From contig OZ024763.1 of NCBI GenBank assembly GCA_964016885.1, positions 22,568,001 to 22,632,000 of the forward strand: DNA of 64,000 nucleotides. The letters are read 5' to 3'. Under the pieces are notes generated by a model. That model saw only the letters and a list, made by a program, of their open reading frames with translations. It made no database searches and was not told the origin of the DNA. This DNA comes from Eledone cirrhosa (Eukaryota). Made by a program: the position numbers and the translations under genes. Shown piece by piece: positions 44,124 to 58,595 of this stretch (position 1 is its first letter; each line of letters starts with the position of its first letter).

Positions 44124-45424
44124 CATGTTTAAAGAACAGACATAAATTTACCTAACTTTTCTTCTTAGTTGAGAGAAATTAACTAAATAAATAATCAATT
44201 AAACAGCTAAATTTAAATCATAAGTATGAAGAAAAAGTATATATATGTGTGTGTGTGTGTGTTCATTTTTTAAAGCTAAATTTTCACTGTAGGGGGTTTA
44301 ACTCCCATTAGGGTGTCTTAATATTATTGAAATTTGCTGATATTTTGTGAATAGGCATCATATCTTGTCATTTACCTATGGTTTAAATTTCATATAAATC
44401 GAAGTGAAAACATTTTCAGTGGGGGTTTTTCAGTAGGGGTTTGTGCCACCAGGGAACTCTTTGATTAAAATGAAATATACTTATCCAAATACTCTGGGCA
44501 ATGTAGTTTCAGAATATATATGGTTATGGGGGTATATGTCCAAAATCATAGGAGGAGTTTGTGAACAAACAGAGATGAATACAACTTTATATATATATAT
44601 TTGTTTTGCAAGGTTTTTGATATGAAATCGTGTGATGAAACAAATATTGTTATACTTGGGGAGGGTCATATTGTTGTAATAATATTGCCAGAAATAATAA
44701 CAGAACACACTCACTGGAGATATAAAAGATACAGAAGCGAAAACCAACCAAACAGTGTTCTGTTGTTATTTCTGGCAATATAATTACAACAATATGACCC
44801 TCTGCAAGTATAACAATATATATATGTGTTGTTACCTTGAGCAAGACACTTTATTTCACATTTCTCCAGTTTACTCAGCTGTAGAAATTAGATGATAGCG
44901 ACTGGGGTCCATACCATTCCACTGCAAAGAGGTCGTGGAGGTGCCACGGCAAAAAAGCACCCAGCCCACACTGCAAAGAGGTCGTGGAGGTACCACGGCA
45001 AAAAAGCACCAAGCCCACACTGTAAAGTGGTCGTGGAGGTGCCACGGCAAAAAAGCACCCAGCACTCACTGTAAATGAGGTTGGTGTTAGGAAGGGCATC
45101 CAGCTGTAGAAATCAAGCCAGAATCAGTTCCCGTCCCACCCTTGCAAGCAGGGAAAAGCGGACGTAAAGTGATGATGATGATGATATGAGTTGGTCCCGG
45201 TCATTATGATTCTATCCTGAGTTGATCGATATTGAAACAATTGTAATATACCAATGACGTTTCCACATCTGCTGCAACATTCACTTCTATTTACACTCTG
45301 TACACTACAACAGTCTTAACAGTGCAATACAACCCAATAGCAGATGAACCTTGTAACAGTATTGAGTTCTTTGAATGGCGCACCACCTGCAACTATAGTT
45401 ACACACCTAACTAATATGTGTGTG

Positions 45425-45462
<38 letters not shown>

Positions 45463-45771
45463 GTCGTCGTTTAACGTCTATCTTCCACGCTAGCATGGGT
45501 TAGACGGGAGTTGTCCCACTTGAGGCAAGGTTGGTCGGGTAACCGTGCCTCACTCGTATAGCAGGTTTTCTACGGCTGGATGCCCTTCCTAACACCAACC
45601 ACATTTACAGTGTGGACTCGGAGGTTTTTACCGTGTTACCTACAAGGCCACATTACGTGGACTGTGTGGGTTTTTTTGTGTATGTAAATAAACATTGGGT
45701 GTTTCAAAAATTATTGAGATAAAGCATTGAGTACGTTTGAAAACTCAAATGTGAGGAACAGTTAAAATAGC

Positions 45772-47282
45772 TATCTATAAGTCATCACTGCTATCTCCAG
45801 ATCTGCTACATCTAGAACCATCTATAAGTCATCACTGCTATCTCCAGATCTGCTACATCTAGAACCATCTATAAGTCATCACTGCTACCTCCAGATCTGC
45901 TACATCTAGAACCATCTATAAGTCATCACTGCTATCTCCAGATCTGCTACATCTAGAACCATCTATAAGTCATCACTGCTATCTCCAGATCTGCTACATC
46001 TAGAACCATCTATAAGTCATCACTGCTACCTCCAGATCTGCTACATCTAGAACCATCTATAAGTCATCACTGCTATCTCCAGATCTGCTACATCTAGAAC
46101 CATCTATAAGTCATCACTGCTACCTCCAGATCTGCTACATCTAGAACCATCTATAAGTCATCACTGCTACCTCCAGATCTGCTACATCTAGAACCATCTA
46201 TAAGTCATCACTGCTATCTCCAGATCTGCTACATCTAGAACCATCTATAAGTCATCACTGCTATCTCCAGATCTGCTACATCTAGAACCATCTATAAGTC
46301 ATCACTGCTATCTCCAGATCTGCTACATCTAGAACCATCTATAAGTCATCACTGCTACCTCCAGATCTGCTACATCTAGAACCATCTATATGTCATCACT
46401 GCTACCTCCAGATCTGCTACATCTAGAACCATCTATAAGTCATCACTGCTATCTCCAGATCTGCTACATCTAGAACCATCTATAAGTCATCACTGCTATC
46501 TCTAGATCTGCTACATCTAGAACCATCTATAAGTCATCACTGCTATCTCCAGATCTGCTACATCTAGAACCATCTATAAGTCATCACTGCTATCTCCAGA
46601 TCTGCTACATCTAGAACCATCTATAAGTCATCACTGCTATCTCCAGATCTGCTACATCTAGAACCATCTATATGTCATCACTGCTACCTCCAGATCTGCT
46701 ACATCTAGAACCATCTGTAACCCATCACTGCTACCACCAGATCTGCTACATCTAGAACCATCTGTAACCTATCACTGCTATCTCCAGATCTACTACATCT
46801 AGAACTATCAGTAACCCACCTCTACTACATCTACAACCATCTGTAAGCCATCACTGCTACCTCCAGATCTGCTACATCTAGAACCATCTGTAAGCCATCA
46901 CTGCTATCTCCAGATCTGCTACATCTAGAACTATCAGTAACCCACCTCTACTACATCTACAACCATCTGTAAGCCATCACTGCTACCTCCAGATCTGCTA
47001 CATCTAGAACTATCAGTAACCCACCTCTACTACATCTACAACCATCTGTAAGCCATCACTGCTATCTCCAGATCTACTACATCTAGAACTATCAGTAACC
47101 CACCTTTACTACATCTACAACCATCTGTAAGCCATCACTGCTACCTCCAGATCTGCTACATCTAGAACCATCTGTAAGCCATCACTGCTATCTCCAGATC
47201 TGCTACATCTAGAACTATCAGTAACCCACCTCTACTACATCTACAACCATCTGTAAGCCATCACTGCTATCTCCAGACCTAC
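45772..47282 (+). repeat. 47-bp minisatellite with a diverged right end
   Basis: Unit GTCATCACTGCTATCTCCAGATCTGCTACATCTAGAACCATCTATAA. Confidence 0.9.
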
Positions 47283-48047
47283 CAATAAACCAACACTGTT
47301 ACCACCAGATGTTATAAATCTTTCAAAACAGTTTCTAACCTGAAATTATGTAAATATATAGAAATCAATAATCAGGTCCTTTGTTGAAGTAACCCCAATC
47401 CTATTAGGGATGTAAAGAGTGGGAAGAGGATTAAAGCCAACATAGGGGTTAGTCAGCAGTGTGGGGGGTTGGAAGGGTGTTTTACATTATTTTAACACTC
47501 TGTAAATAATTGTTTTTGATTCATAAACATTTCCCTCCACCTCCATCTTCCTCATCATCATCATCATCATCCCCATCATCATCATTATCATCATCATCAT
47601 CATCCTACGAACACCAGAGGGGGACAACTGTGTGTATGTATATATATAGTCAGTAGGCACCTCCTAACCAAAAATACACCACCATCCCACTACCCCTACC
47701 CCCACCCCCATCTACACCACCCCCTTTTCTGTAAAGTTATGCTGGTGCCACAACATCCAGTCCTAAACAAATGAGGTCGTGTAGGTGTCACGACAAAAAA
47801 AACACACAGTCCACGCTGTAATGTGGCCGTGTAGGTAACACGGTAAAAACCTCCCAGTCCACACTGTAAACATGGTTGGTGTTAGGAAGGGCATCCAGCC
47901 GTAGAAAACCCGCCAGACAGTCCTGAGCAAGACAACCAATCTTGTCTCACGTGGGACAATTCCCGTCTAAACCCATGCTAGCGTGGAAGATAGACGTTAA
48001 ACGATGATGATATATATGTATGTATGTATGTGTATATATATATACAT

Positions 48048-48380
48048 GGAGGCACATGGCTTAGTGGTTTAGAGCATTGGCCTTGCAATCGAAAGGTTGT
48101 GAGTTCAATTCTCAGACCGGGTGATGTGTTGTTTCCTTGAGCAAGACACTTTATTTCACATTGCTCCAGTTTACTCAGCTGTAGAAATGAGATGATAGGG
48201 ACTGGGGTCCATATCATTCCACTGTAAAGTGGTCGTGGAGGTGCCACGGAAAAAAAGCACCCAGCACTCACTGTAAAATGAGGTTGGTGTTAGGAAGGGC
48301 ATCCAGCTGTAGAAATCAAGCCAGAATCAGTTCCCGTCCCACCCTTGCAAGCAGGGAAAAAGCGGACGTAAAATGATGAT
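48048..48380 (+). mobile_element. Full-length copy of the CORE-like SINE
   Basis: Near-identical to 11084-11430. Confidence 0.85.
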
Positions 48381-48534
48381 ATATATATTTATATCTGTAA
48401 TTTTAACCACTGGTCAATCAATGATAAACATTGATTGCCAAATAAATTAACTATGGAGATACAGAAGCGAAAACCAACCCAAACCAAACAGTGAGTGTGT
48501 TCTGTTATTATTTCTGGCAATATCACAACAATAT

Positions 48535-48802
48535 GACCCTCCCAAAAGTCAGCTCGAGAATAGCACAGAGGTGACTGAGGTTAGCTGGACATGTTCACCG
48601 ACATCCAGAGTTGACATTGCACTCAGTGCTCCTGTGGGAGCCCCTGCATAGACACACTGGAAGAGGAAGACTTAGGTTAACATATGTTGATGCCCTAAGG
48701 ACAGACACTGATCTCTTGGAGATGCAGGACATGGCAGCGATAATGAGGGACAGAGACCGCTGGAGAGAACTCGTCCATGGATCTCGGGAATTTTACCCGC
48801 CC
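48535..48802 (+). mobile_element. RTE-like LINE 3' fragment with a premature stop
   Basis: SSRIAQR*LRLAGHVHRHPELTLHSVLLWEPLH..GRGRLRLTYVDALRTDT...MRDRDRWRELV. Confidence 0.8.
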
Positions 48803-49464
48803 TATATATATATGTGTGTGTCTGAAGGTAGCTAAGATGCTTCCATAGCTGGTATGCCGGTTGAGCACTCTATGCTCTTACAGAGCAGAGTATGATATAT
48901 ATATATATAGTATATAAAAAGGGACAACAAGCATATTGACCATACATCTTCAGTTTTACATCTGGGTTGCGGTGAGTTAGTGTTGGGGAGGGGGGGTTCA
49001 ATGGTGGCATAGGAGGGGGGGGGGTAAATGGTGGCATGGGAGGCGAGGGGGGGGAGAAGTGGTGGACATGTGAGAGAGATGGAGTGGAGGGGAAGAAACA
49101 CTAGGATAGGGATTATAATCAGATTAAATATATAGATTGTTTGGTATAGACAGTGGAGATAGAATATGAATGTAGTACTCAATAAGTCAGCTGGCCAAGC
49201 ACCACCCCCTTCACCTCCACCCACCATACTCTCCTCCTCCTCCAGGTAAACCTTCCCTGATTACAAATACCTGAGTATCTCTATGAAAGGTGGGCTGTGG
49301 TTATTACCCTGTCAAGACATCTGGGCCGTGGTCTATATATCTCCACTGACATCACAACCTATCCTATCTCTCTCTCTCTCTCTCTCTTCTACCAATGACT
49401 CTTACTAACTAGTTAGTAATGTTTATTGCATCAACTAGATAGGGGGGGGGGGAGTGATCGTTGG

Positions 49465-50375
49465 TGTTTGTGTGTGTGTGAATGTATCTGTGTGTGTTTA
49501 TGTGTGGGTGTATCTGTGTGTCTGTGTGTTTGTGTCGGTGTGTGAGTGTGTCTGTGTGACTGTGGGTGTATCTGTGTGTGTTTATGTGTGGGTGTATCTG
49601 TGTCTGTGTGTGTGAGTGTATCTGTCTGTGTTTGTGTCGGTGAGTGTGTCTGTGTGTGTGTGTGTGTGAGTGTGGGTGTATCTGTGTGTGTTTGTGTGTG
49701 GGTGTATCTGTGTGTTTGTGTGTGTGAGTGTATCTGTCTCTGTTTGTGTCAGTGTGTGTGAGTGTGTCTGTGTGTGTGTGTGTGAGTGTGGGTGTATCTG
49801 TGTGTGTTTGTGTGTGGGTGTATCTGTGTGTTTGTGTGTGTGAGTGTATCTGTCTGTGTTTGTGTCGGTGTGTGTGAGTGTGGGTGTATCTGTGTGTGTT
49901 TGTGTGTGGGTGTATCTGTGTGTTTGTGTGTGTGAGTGTATTTGTGTGTTTGTGGGTGTAAGTGTATCTGTGTGTCTGTGTGTGAGTGTTTATGTGTGTT
50001 TATGTGTTTGTGGGTGTATTTGTGTGTGAGTGTATGTGTGTTTTTGTGTGTGTGAGTGTGTCTGTGTGTGAGTGTGGGTGTATCTGAGTGTGTGAGTATG
50101 TGTTTTTGTGTGGGTGTGTGTGAGTGTATCTGTGTTTGTGTGTGTATATGTATCTTTGTGTTTGTGTATGTGTACATGTATGTGTGTTTGTGTATGTATG
50201 TGTACATGTATCTGTGTGTTTGTGTGAGTGTCAGTGTGTCTGATTATATATGTAGGTGTCTGTTAATGTGTGGATGTGTGGTTATATATATATATGTGTG
50301 TGTGTGTGTGCATTCATTTGTGTGTGTATATATGTTTGTATGTGTCTGTATATGTGTGGGTGTGTTCATTTGTGC

Positions 50376-50415
<40 letters not shown>

Positions 50416-51292
50416 ACGCCCATGTGTGTGACTACCTATTAGCTGCAATCATTTTTACCTGTAACAATGACATTCAGGTAAGGTTGGAAGCTGTGTGTGT
50501 CTGTGTGTATGTCTATGTGTGTGTGTGTGTGTCTGTGTAGGTGCCTGTCTGTGTGTGCATGTGTATGCGTCTATGGTTGGGTTTACGTATGTATGTCTAT
50601 GACTGTGTGTGTGTTTGTCTGACTGTAGGGGTATGTATGGGGTGTATGTATATATATATGCATATGTGGGTGGATGTGTATGTGTATGCCTGTCTGTGTG
50701 GGTGTAAATGTGTGTGTGTGTTTATGTGAGCGTATGTATGTATATATATATATGTGTGTGTGTGTTTATGTGAGTGTATGTATGTATATGTGTGTGTGTG
50801 TGTTTATATGTCTGTCTCTGTGTGTGTATGTGAGTGTATGTATATATGTGTGTATGTGTGTGTTTATGTCTGTGTGTGTGTGTGTGTGTGTATGTGAGTG
50901 TATGTATATATATATATGTGTGTATGTGTGTGTGTTTATGTCTGTCTCTGTGTATGTGAGTGTATGTATATATATGTGTGTATGTGTGTGTGTTTATGTC
51001 TGTCTGTGTGTGTGTGTATGTGAGTGTATATATATATGTGTGTATGTGTGTGTGTTTATGTCTGTCTCTGTATGTGAATATGTATATATATGTGTGTATG
51101 TGTGTGTGTTTATGTCTGTCTGTGTGTGTGTGAGTGTATGTATATATATATATATGTGTGTATGTGTATGTGTTTATGTCTGTCTCTGTGTATGTGAGTG
51201 TATGTATATATATATATATGTGTGTATGTGTGTGTGTTTATGTCTGTCTCTGTGTGTGTATGTGAGTGTATGCATATATATATATATGTGTA

Positions 51293-51325
<33 letters not shown>

Positions 51326-51626
51326 GTGTGTATGTGTGTGTGTTTATGTCTGTGTATGTGAGTGTATGTATGTATATGTGTATGTGTGTGTGTTTATGTC
51401 TGTATGTGTGTATATATATATATATATATATGTGTATGTGTGTGTGTTTATGTCTGTGTGTACGTGTGTGTGTGTGTATGTGAGTGTATGTATATATATA
51501 TATGTGTGTGTTTATGTCTGTGTGGGTATGTGAGTGTATGTATATATATATATATGTGTATGTCTGTGTGTGTGTGTGTGTGTATGTATATATATGTGTA
51601 TATGTGTGTATGTGTGTGTGTGTGTG
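49465..51626 (+). repeat. Degenerate (GT)n/(TA)n tract, followed by a GGTA/GGTG tract at 51714-51915
   Basis: Read directly. Confidence 0.9.
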
Positions 51627-52004
51627 GAAGTGTTTTAAACCAACCCTTTTATTGTCTGTTACTTTCTTGTTTCACAAATGTCACCAAATTCTTCTAATAC
51701 CTGAGACAGTAATAGGTGGGTGGGTGGGTGGGTAGGTTGGAAGGTAGGTTGGAAGGTAGGTAGGTTGGTCGGAAGGTAGGTAGGTGGGTAGGTGGGTAGG
51801 TTGGAAGGTAGGTGGGTAGGTGGGTAGGTTGGAAGGTAGGTGGGTAGGTGGGTAGGTAGGTGGGTAGGTGGGTAGATTGGAAGGTAGGTAGGTAGGTGGG
51901 AAGGTAGGTGGGTAGTTATTAAATTAACTGCTGTTTTACTCTGTCTGGGATGTTATTTTGTGTTTCTCATGAAATGTTTGGTCAAGGTTTTTACTTTGCT
52001 GATA

Positions 52005-52875
52005 AGTCTGACCTGGGACCCAGAACCACACTTAGATTAAGCCCTTTTGAGGGGCCTAAGCTCTTAAAAGATGGTGAAACCTTTCATATATAAAGTCTGG
52101 CCTGGGACCCAGAATCATGGCTAGATTAAGCCCTTTTGAGGGGCCTAAGCTCTTAAAAGATGGTGAAACCTTTCATATATAAAGTCTGGCCTGGGACCCA
52201 GAATCATGGCTAGATTAAGCCCTTTTGAGGGGCCTAAGCTCTTAAAAGATGGTGAAACCTTTCATATATAAAGTCTGGCCTGGGACCCAGAATCATGGCT
52301 AGATTAAGCCCTTTTGAGGGGCCTAAGCTCTTAAAAGATGGTGAAACCTTTCATATATAAAGTCTGGCCTGGGACCCAGAATCATGGCTAGATTAAGCCC
52401 TTTTAAGCGGCCTAAGCTCTTAAAAGATGGTGAAACCTTTCATATATAAAGTCTGGCCTGGGACCCAGAATCATGGCTAGATTAAGCTCTTTTGAGGGGC
52501 CTAAGCCCTTAACAGATGATGTACCTTTCATATATAAAGGCTGGCTTGGAACCCAGAATCATGGCTAGATTAAGCTCTTTTGAGGGGCCTAAGCCCTTAA
52601 CAGATGATGGTACCTTTCATATATAAAGGCTGGCTTGGGACCCAGAATCATGGCTAGATTAAGCTCTGTTGAGGGGCCTAAGCCCTTAAAAGATGATGGT
52701 ACCTTTCATATATAAAGTCTGGCCTGGGACCCAGAATCATGGCTAGATTAAGCTCTTTTGAGGGGCTTAAGCCCTTAAAAGATGATGGTACCTTTCATAT
52801 ATAAAGTCTGGCCTGGGACCCAGAATCATGGCTAGATTAAGCTTTTTGAGGGGCCTGAGAACCAGAATCATGGCT
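52005..52875 (+). repeat. 89-bp minisatellite (about 9.5 units)
   Basis: CCTGGGACCCAGAATCATGGCTAGATTAAG at 52101, 52190 and onward. Confidence 0.9.
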
Positions 52876-54366
52876 GCTATTTTTAGCAGGTCAAACAGCC
52901 ATCTAAAGCCTCCTTCACCGGATGATGTGATTGGTCAGTATTAATGGGTAGAATTTAGTTTTACTAATGTCAATTAGTAGTGTAGTGTAGTGGTGTTATG
53001 TCATGTGATGTGGTGTAGTGGTATGGTGAGGTGTGGTGTAATGGTGTGGTGTGGTGTAGTGGTGTGATGCAGTATGGGGTAGTGGTGTGGTGTAATGGTG
53101 TAGTGTGGTGAGGTGATGGCGTTACTTGGTGTGGTGTAGTGATAGTATGGTGTGGGGTGGGGTGGTGATTGTGTAGTGGGGTGGTGATTGTGTAGTGGGG
53201 TAATGGTGTGGTGTGGTGATAGTATGGTGTGGTGTGGTGTCATGTGGTGTGATGATGTTGTAGTGTGGTGTGGGATGGTATGGGGATTATACTAGTGTAG
53301 TATGGTATGGTGTAGTGTTGTATGGTGTGGTGTATTGAGGTGTGGTGTGGTGGTGTGGTGTATTAAGGTGTATTGAGGTGTGGTGTGGTGTTGTATGGTG
53401 TATTGAGGTGTGGTGTGGTGGTGTGGTGTATTAAGGTGTATTGAGGTGTGGTGTGGTGTTGTATGGTGTATTGAGGTGTGGTGTGGGATGGTATGGAGAT
53501 TATACTAGTGTAGTATGGTATGGTGTGGTGTAGTGTAGTGTGGTGTGGTGGGGTAGTGTGGTGTGGTGTGGTGGTGGTGTGGTGTGGTGTGGTGGGGGTA
53601 GTGTTGTGTGGTGTGGTGTGGTGTGGTGGTGGTGTGGTGTGGTGTGGTGGTGGTGTGGTGTGATGTGGTGTGGTGTAGCTGTAGTATCCATTCAATAACC
53701 CGTGATAAAATATATGTTATTTAATTAACAAGTCAACTGTGAAATATTCCACATGAATGGTTCAGGTAGAATAATAAGATGATAGGATCTTTACTTATGA
53801 TGATGACAATGGTCATGGTGATAGTGATGATGATGGTGATGACAAGTGGTGGTGGTGATAGTGATGGTGGTGGTGGTGATGACAGTGATGGTGATGTTGA
53901 CATTTCATTGCTGTCGTCCATCGTCCATCTATAATTGTAAGATGGCAACTACTACGCAGACATTTTGTCAATGTTTATCATCTACAGATGAAATGTGACA
54001 TTATCACATTTCATCTACAGTGTGGAATGTAATATTTACACCACACCTCCACTAAACCCCTCTCTATCTCTCTCTCCAGTCTCACCCCACCACCAACTCA
54101 GCCTCATCACACCTCCACTAAACCTCTCTCTCTCTCTCCAGTCTCACTCCACCACCGACTCAGCCTCACCACACCTCCACTAAACCTCTCTCTCTCTCCA
54201 GTCTCACCCCACCACCAACTCAGCCTCATCACACCTCCACTAAACCTCTCTCTCTCTCTCCAGTCTCACTCCACCACCGACTCAGTCTCACCACACCTCC
54301 ACTAAACCTCTCTCTCTCTCCAGTCTCACCCCACCACCAACTCAGCCTCACCACACCTCCACTAAA

Positions 54367-54400
<34 letters not shown>

Positions 54401-54408
54401 CTGTCCAG

Positions 54409-54547
54409 TTAACACCCACTATGGCCGGAACAGGTTCAACCGTCGTGCTGCCCGCAATGATGTACCAATAGCGAAGGTGATCCAACACGAAGAGGAGAAA
54501 ATACACCAGGAGGAACGCATGCAGCAACTGAAACTTCTGCATCAAAG
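54409..54547 (+). CDS. CCDC50: CCDC50-like coding exon (139 nt): (I)NTHYGRNRFNRRAARNDVPIAKVIQHEEEKIHQEERMQQLKLLHQ(R)
   Basis: (CT)n polypyrimidine tract then ccag acceptor, AG|gtttgt donor, phase 1-2. Matches the CCDC50 pattern IExHxxxNxxRxRxxxxDxxxAKxxQxE. Confidence 0.85.
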
Positions 54548-54599
54548 GTTTGTATTTAAACACATTTCTTTCTTATATGCATACACACATATCATCATC

Positions 54600-54900
54600 A
54601 TCATCTTCGTTTAACGTCCATTTTCCACGCTAGCATGGGTTAGACGGGAGTTGTCCCACTTGAGGCAAGGCTGGTCGGGTGACCGTGCCTCTATCATATA
54701 GGACTGTCTGGCAGGTTTTCTACGGCTGGATGCCCTTCCTAACACCAACCACATTTACAGTGTGGAACTGGGAACTTTTTACCATATTACCTACATGGCC
54801 ACATTACAGCGTGAACGGTGTGTTTTTTCTCGTGACACCTACACGATCTCAATCTCATTTATCTCATTTATTTGGACTGGATGATGTGGTACCAACTTTA
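54600..54900 (-). mobile_element. Third interspersed SINE-like family with a (TGA)n tail
   Basis: TTTAACGTC.ATCTTCCACGCTAGCATGGGTTAGACGGG end shared with 45465-45680 (-), 47740-48010 (+) and fragments near 11030, 13650, 32450, 54960. Confidence 0.65.
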
Positions 54901-55021
54901 TAGAGAGAGGGTATATATATACACACATATATATATACATATATATATCATCATCACCGTTTTTACGTCCGGTCTTCCATGCTAGTATGGGTTAGACGGG
55001 TTGTCCTGTTGTGGGCAGTGA

Positions 55022-55166
55022 CAGGGCCCTAGGGGATCAAAAAGTTGAATTTTTATGTGCATAACACTCACTGAAACATAAGTAATACACATGTAAAGTT
55101 TGAAAGAAATCGGTTGGGTACTTGAGTTTTAGGGGATTCAAACTCACAGACACACACACACACACA
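55022..55166 (+). mobile_element. Possible DINE-1/Helentron-like non-autonomous element end (similar at about 44265-44590)
   Basis: AAGTTTGAAAGAAATCGG...(CA)n/ACAG microsatellite..TTATATATA architecture; recognised by resemblance only. Confidence 0.35.
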
Positions 55167-55183
55167 CAGACAGACATCCTCAG

Positions 55184-55260
<77 letters not shown>

Positions 55261-55390
55261 GAAGTTATATTTAATTTGTTGGGATACAACAAGCAAATAT
55301 TTTTATAACTGATATAAAGCACTCAACAAATTATTGGAGTAAAAATATAATATATTAACAAATGGAAACTATATTTATAAAACCATATTT

Positions 55391-55453
55391 ATTTCATTAT
55401 ACATATTTCAAGGACACCAAAGCAAATTATGGTGCGCTTTCATCAGATAAAAT
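55391..55453 (-). ncRNA. Type I hammerhead ribozyme in a PLE-like 3' end (about 55257-55490); relatives at 7611-7675 (+), 8065-8132 (-), 21790-21816 (-, partial)
   Basis: Minus strand: ATTTTAT-CTGATGA-AAGCGCACC...GGTGTCCTT-GAAA-TATGTA-TA-ATGAAAT. The downstream sequence (..ATGGTTTTATAAATATAGTTTCCATTT..) is shared among the copies. Confidence 0.7.
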
Positions 55454-55500
55454 ATAATATAGATCAGTTTTATAAACAAATATTGACATACCCTTAAAGA

Positions 55501-55533
<33 letters not shown>

Positions 55534-56713
55534 GGGGGGGAGTCTGCAGTGCTGATACCCAGGAGACCACTAATCATGTGACTACTTGATACATTGGGAG
55601 ATGTAGAGTGGGTATAGAGATATCTAATATCCAGACTGTGGCGCCAAGGGTTAACATGGGCTTCCAGGGGAGATAGGGTTAACATGAAATACTGTGAGGC
55701 AACTCATGCTGGTTCTGATCTCTGCTGGAATGTTACACTTGTCTTATATACACAACATTGTGACCTTGATGTAAGGGCATAACCAACAACAGCACCACTA
55801 CCACTACCACTGCACTTAGTACAACCACCAACACTATCACCAACACAACCTCCACCACCAACAACAACAACACAACCACCACCAGCACTGCACTTAGTAC
55901 AACCACCACCACCACCACCACCAACAACAACAACACCAACGACAGCATAATCACAAACACAATACTTCACTTTGTACAACCACCGCGACCACCATCAACA
56001 CTACCACAGCATCACCACCAAGAACATCTCTTCCACCATACCCCCCCCCCCCCCACCACAACCACCCTCACCCCACCAATGCACCCAACAGTGCACCTAA
56101 AGTCCCCTAAATCAATACACTACAAACAATGAGACTGTATTGTTGAAGTTGTTGCTACAGTCTTTTTCTCTTTTACTTCCGATAAAATATATTAATAGTA
56201 ATAATAATAATAATAATAATAGTAATAATAGTTTCTTTATTAACCACAAGGGTTGACATAAAGTATAACATTAAGGACAGTACAGGATGGTACAGGATAG
56301 TACAGGACGGTACAGATGGGCATTTCTGCGTGTAAAAAGACAAAAACAAAAGATGTAACAAAAAAGAAACAAGGAAAAATTCTCCAATAAAGGGGGAGAG
56401 TTCCGAGGGTCACTCGTGGAGAAAGCCCACAAAAAAATACACGGTTACCCTGACCGCTAGGGCAAGCGCCCTCTCCCAGTTTTCCTCCTATGATAATAAT
56501 AATAATAATAAAAATAATTGTTTCTACTTTTGGCACAAGGCCAGCAATTACCCCAATGCATTACTGGTACTTTATTTTATCGACCCCGTAAGGATGAAAG
56601 GCAAAGTTAACCTCGACGGGATTTGAACTCAGATCATAAAGGGCCGTAACTCTATGCTGCAAAGCATGGTGTCCGACCCTCAAGCGATACTGCCAATCCA
56701 CCACCCTCCTATG

Positions 56714-56747
<34 letters not shown>

Positions 56748-58595
56748 TAATGATTTCTTTATTGGCCACAAGGGCTAACATGAAGAAAAACATTAGAGAC
56801 GGTACAGAACAGTACAGGACGATACAAAGTGGGTTTTGGCCGTGTAAACAGGTTATAACAAGAAAATAGAAATGTGTAAAAACAAATAAAAAAAAATTCA
56901 AGCAAAATTCCTCAAAAAGGCCAGCAATTTTAGTAGAGGGGGGAAAGTGGATTAAATCGACCCCAGGGCATTACTGGTAATTTATCTTATCAACCCCGTA
57001 AGGATGAAAGGCAAAGTTAACCGCAGTGTTCACTGTTAGCAAGGGTTGGATAATAATAATTGTTTCTACTTTTGGCACAAGGCCAGTAATTACCCAGTAC
57101 ATTACTGGTACTTTGTTTTATCGACCCCGTAAGGATGAAAGGCAAAGTTAGGGTTGGATAATAATAATAATGATGATGATGGTGATGATATACTGCTCCT
57201 GAGCACTGTACACAATTTTCATTATATATATGATGGTAGTGGTGTGGTGGTGGTGTATGTAGCCGGGGATTCTATTGATTTCTCATTGTCCACTTCAGTC
57301 CTATCTGATCACTGGTTATTGACATTGGACATGTATTGAACGGTTTAATAGAATATTCTTTCAAATTTGAGCAGTGAATGGGGTGGTGGTGGTGTTATGT
57401 AATGTTGGTGGTGGTGGTATATAGTTCTAGTGTAGTAATTATTACCACTACCACCAAAACCACAACCATCAACACTTCTACTACTGCTACTACCATCTCC
57501 ACTGCCAGTACTCTCCACCTACACTACAACCACTACTATCATCACTACCACAACACCACCACCAACACTACCAATATCACCATCACCAACTCTATCACCA
57601 TCACCACCACCACTACCACAACACCACAACCACCAACACACCACCACCATCACCACCACCACTATCACCATGACACCACCACACCCACACCAACAACACC
57701 AACAACGCACCACCACCACCACTATCACCACAACACCACCACCACAACTATCACCACGACACCACCACCACCACTATCACCACGCCACCATCACCACACC
57801 ACCACCACCACAACTACCACCATCACCACACCAACACTACCAACACCACCACCACAGCAACCCCCCCACACCACCACCACAATGTCACTATCACCACAAC
57901 CACCACTACCACGACCAACACCACCACCACCACCACACCAACACTACCAACACCACCACCACAGCAACCCCCTACACCACCACCACAATGTCACTATCAC
58001 CACATCCACCACTATCACGACCAACACCACCACCACTATCACGACCAACACCACCACCACCACACCAACACTACCAACACCACCACCACAGCAACCCCCT
58101 ACACCACCACCACAATGTCACTGTCACCACATCCACCACTACCACGACCAACATCACCACCACCACCACTATCACCACGACACCACCACCACCACCATCA
58201 CCACAACACCACCACCACAACTACCACCACCACCACACCAACACTACCAACACCACCACAACCACCACTATCACGACCAACACCACCACCAACACTACCA
58301 ACACCACCACAACCACCACACCAACACTACCAACACCACCCCCACCACACCAACACTACCAACACCACCACAGCAACCCCCTACACCACCACCACCACAG
58401 CAATCCCCTACACCACCACCACAATGTCACTATCACCACATCCACCACTACCACGACCACCACCACCACCACTATCACGACCAACACCACCACCACCACC
58501 CCGACAGCACCACCACACCAACCCCCCTCCCCACACCACCACCACCACAGTAACTATATATATATCTGTCTATCTGTCTGTCTGTATGTCCTCAG

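Noticed and set aside
50443-50477. AG...CAG|gtaagg mini-exon in the long intron
   Set aside because: 35 nt would shift the frame, and the flanking CCDC50 exons already join in phase with continuous homology.
53986-54016. 13-bp hairpin AGATGAAATGTGA/TCACATTTCATCT
   Set aside because: Too short and isolated for a miRNA or terminator call.
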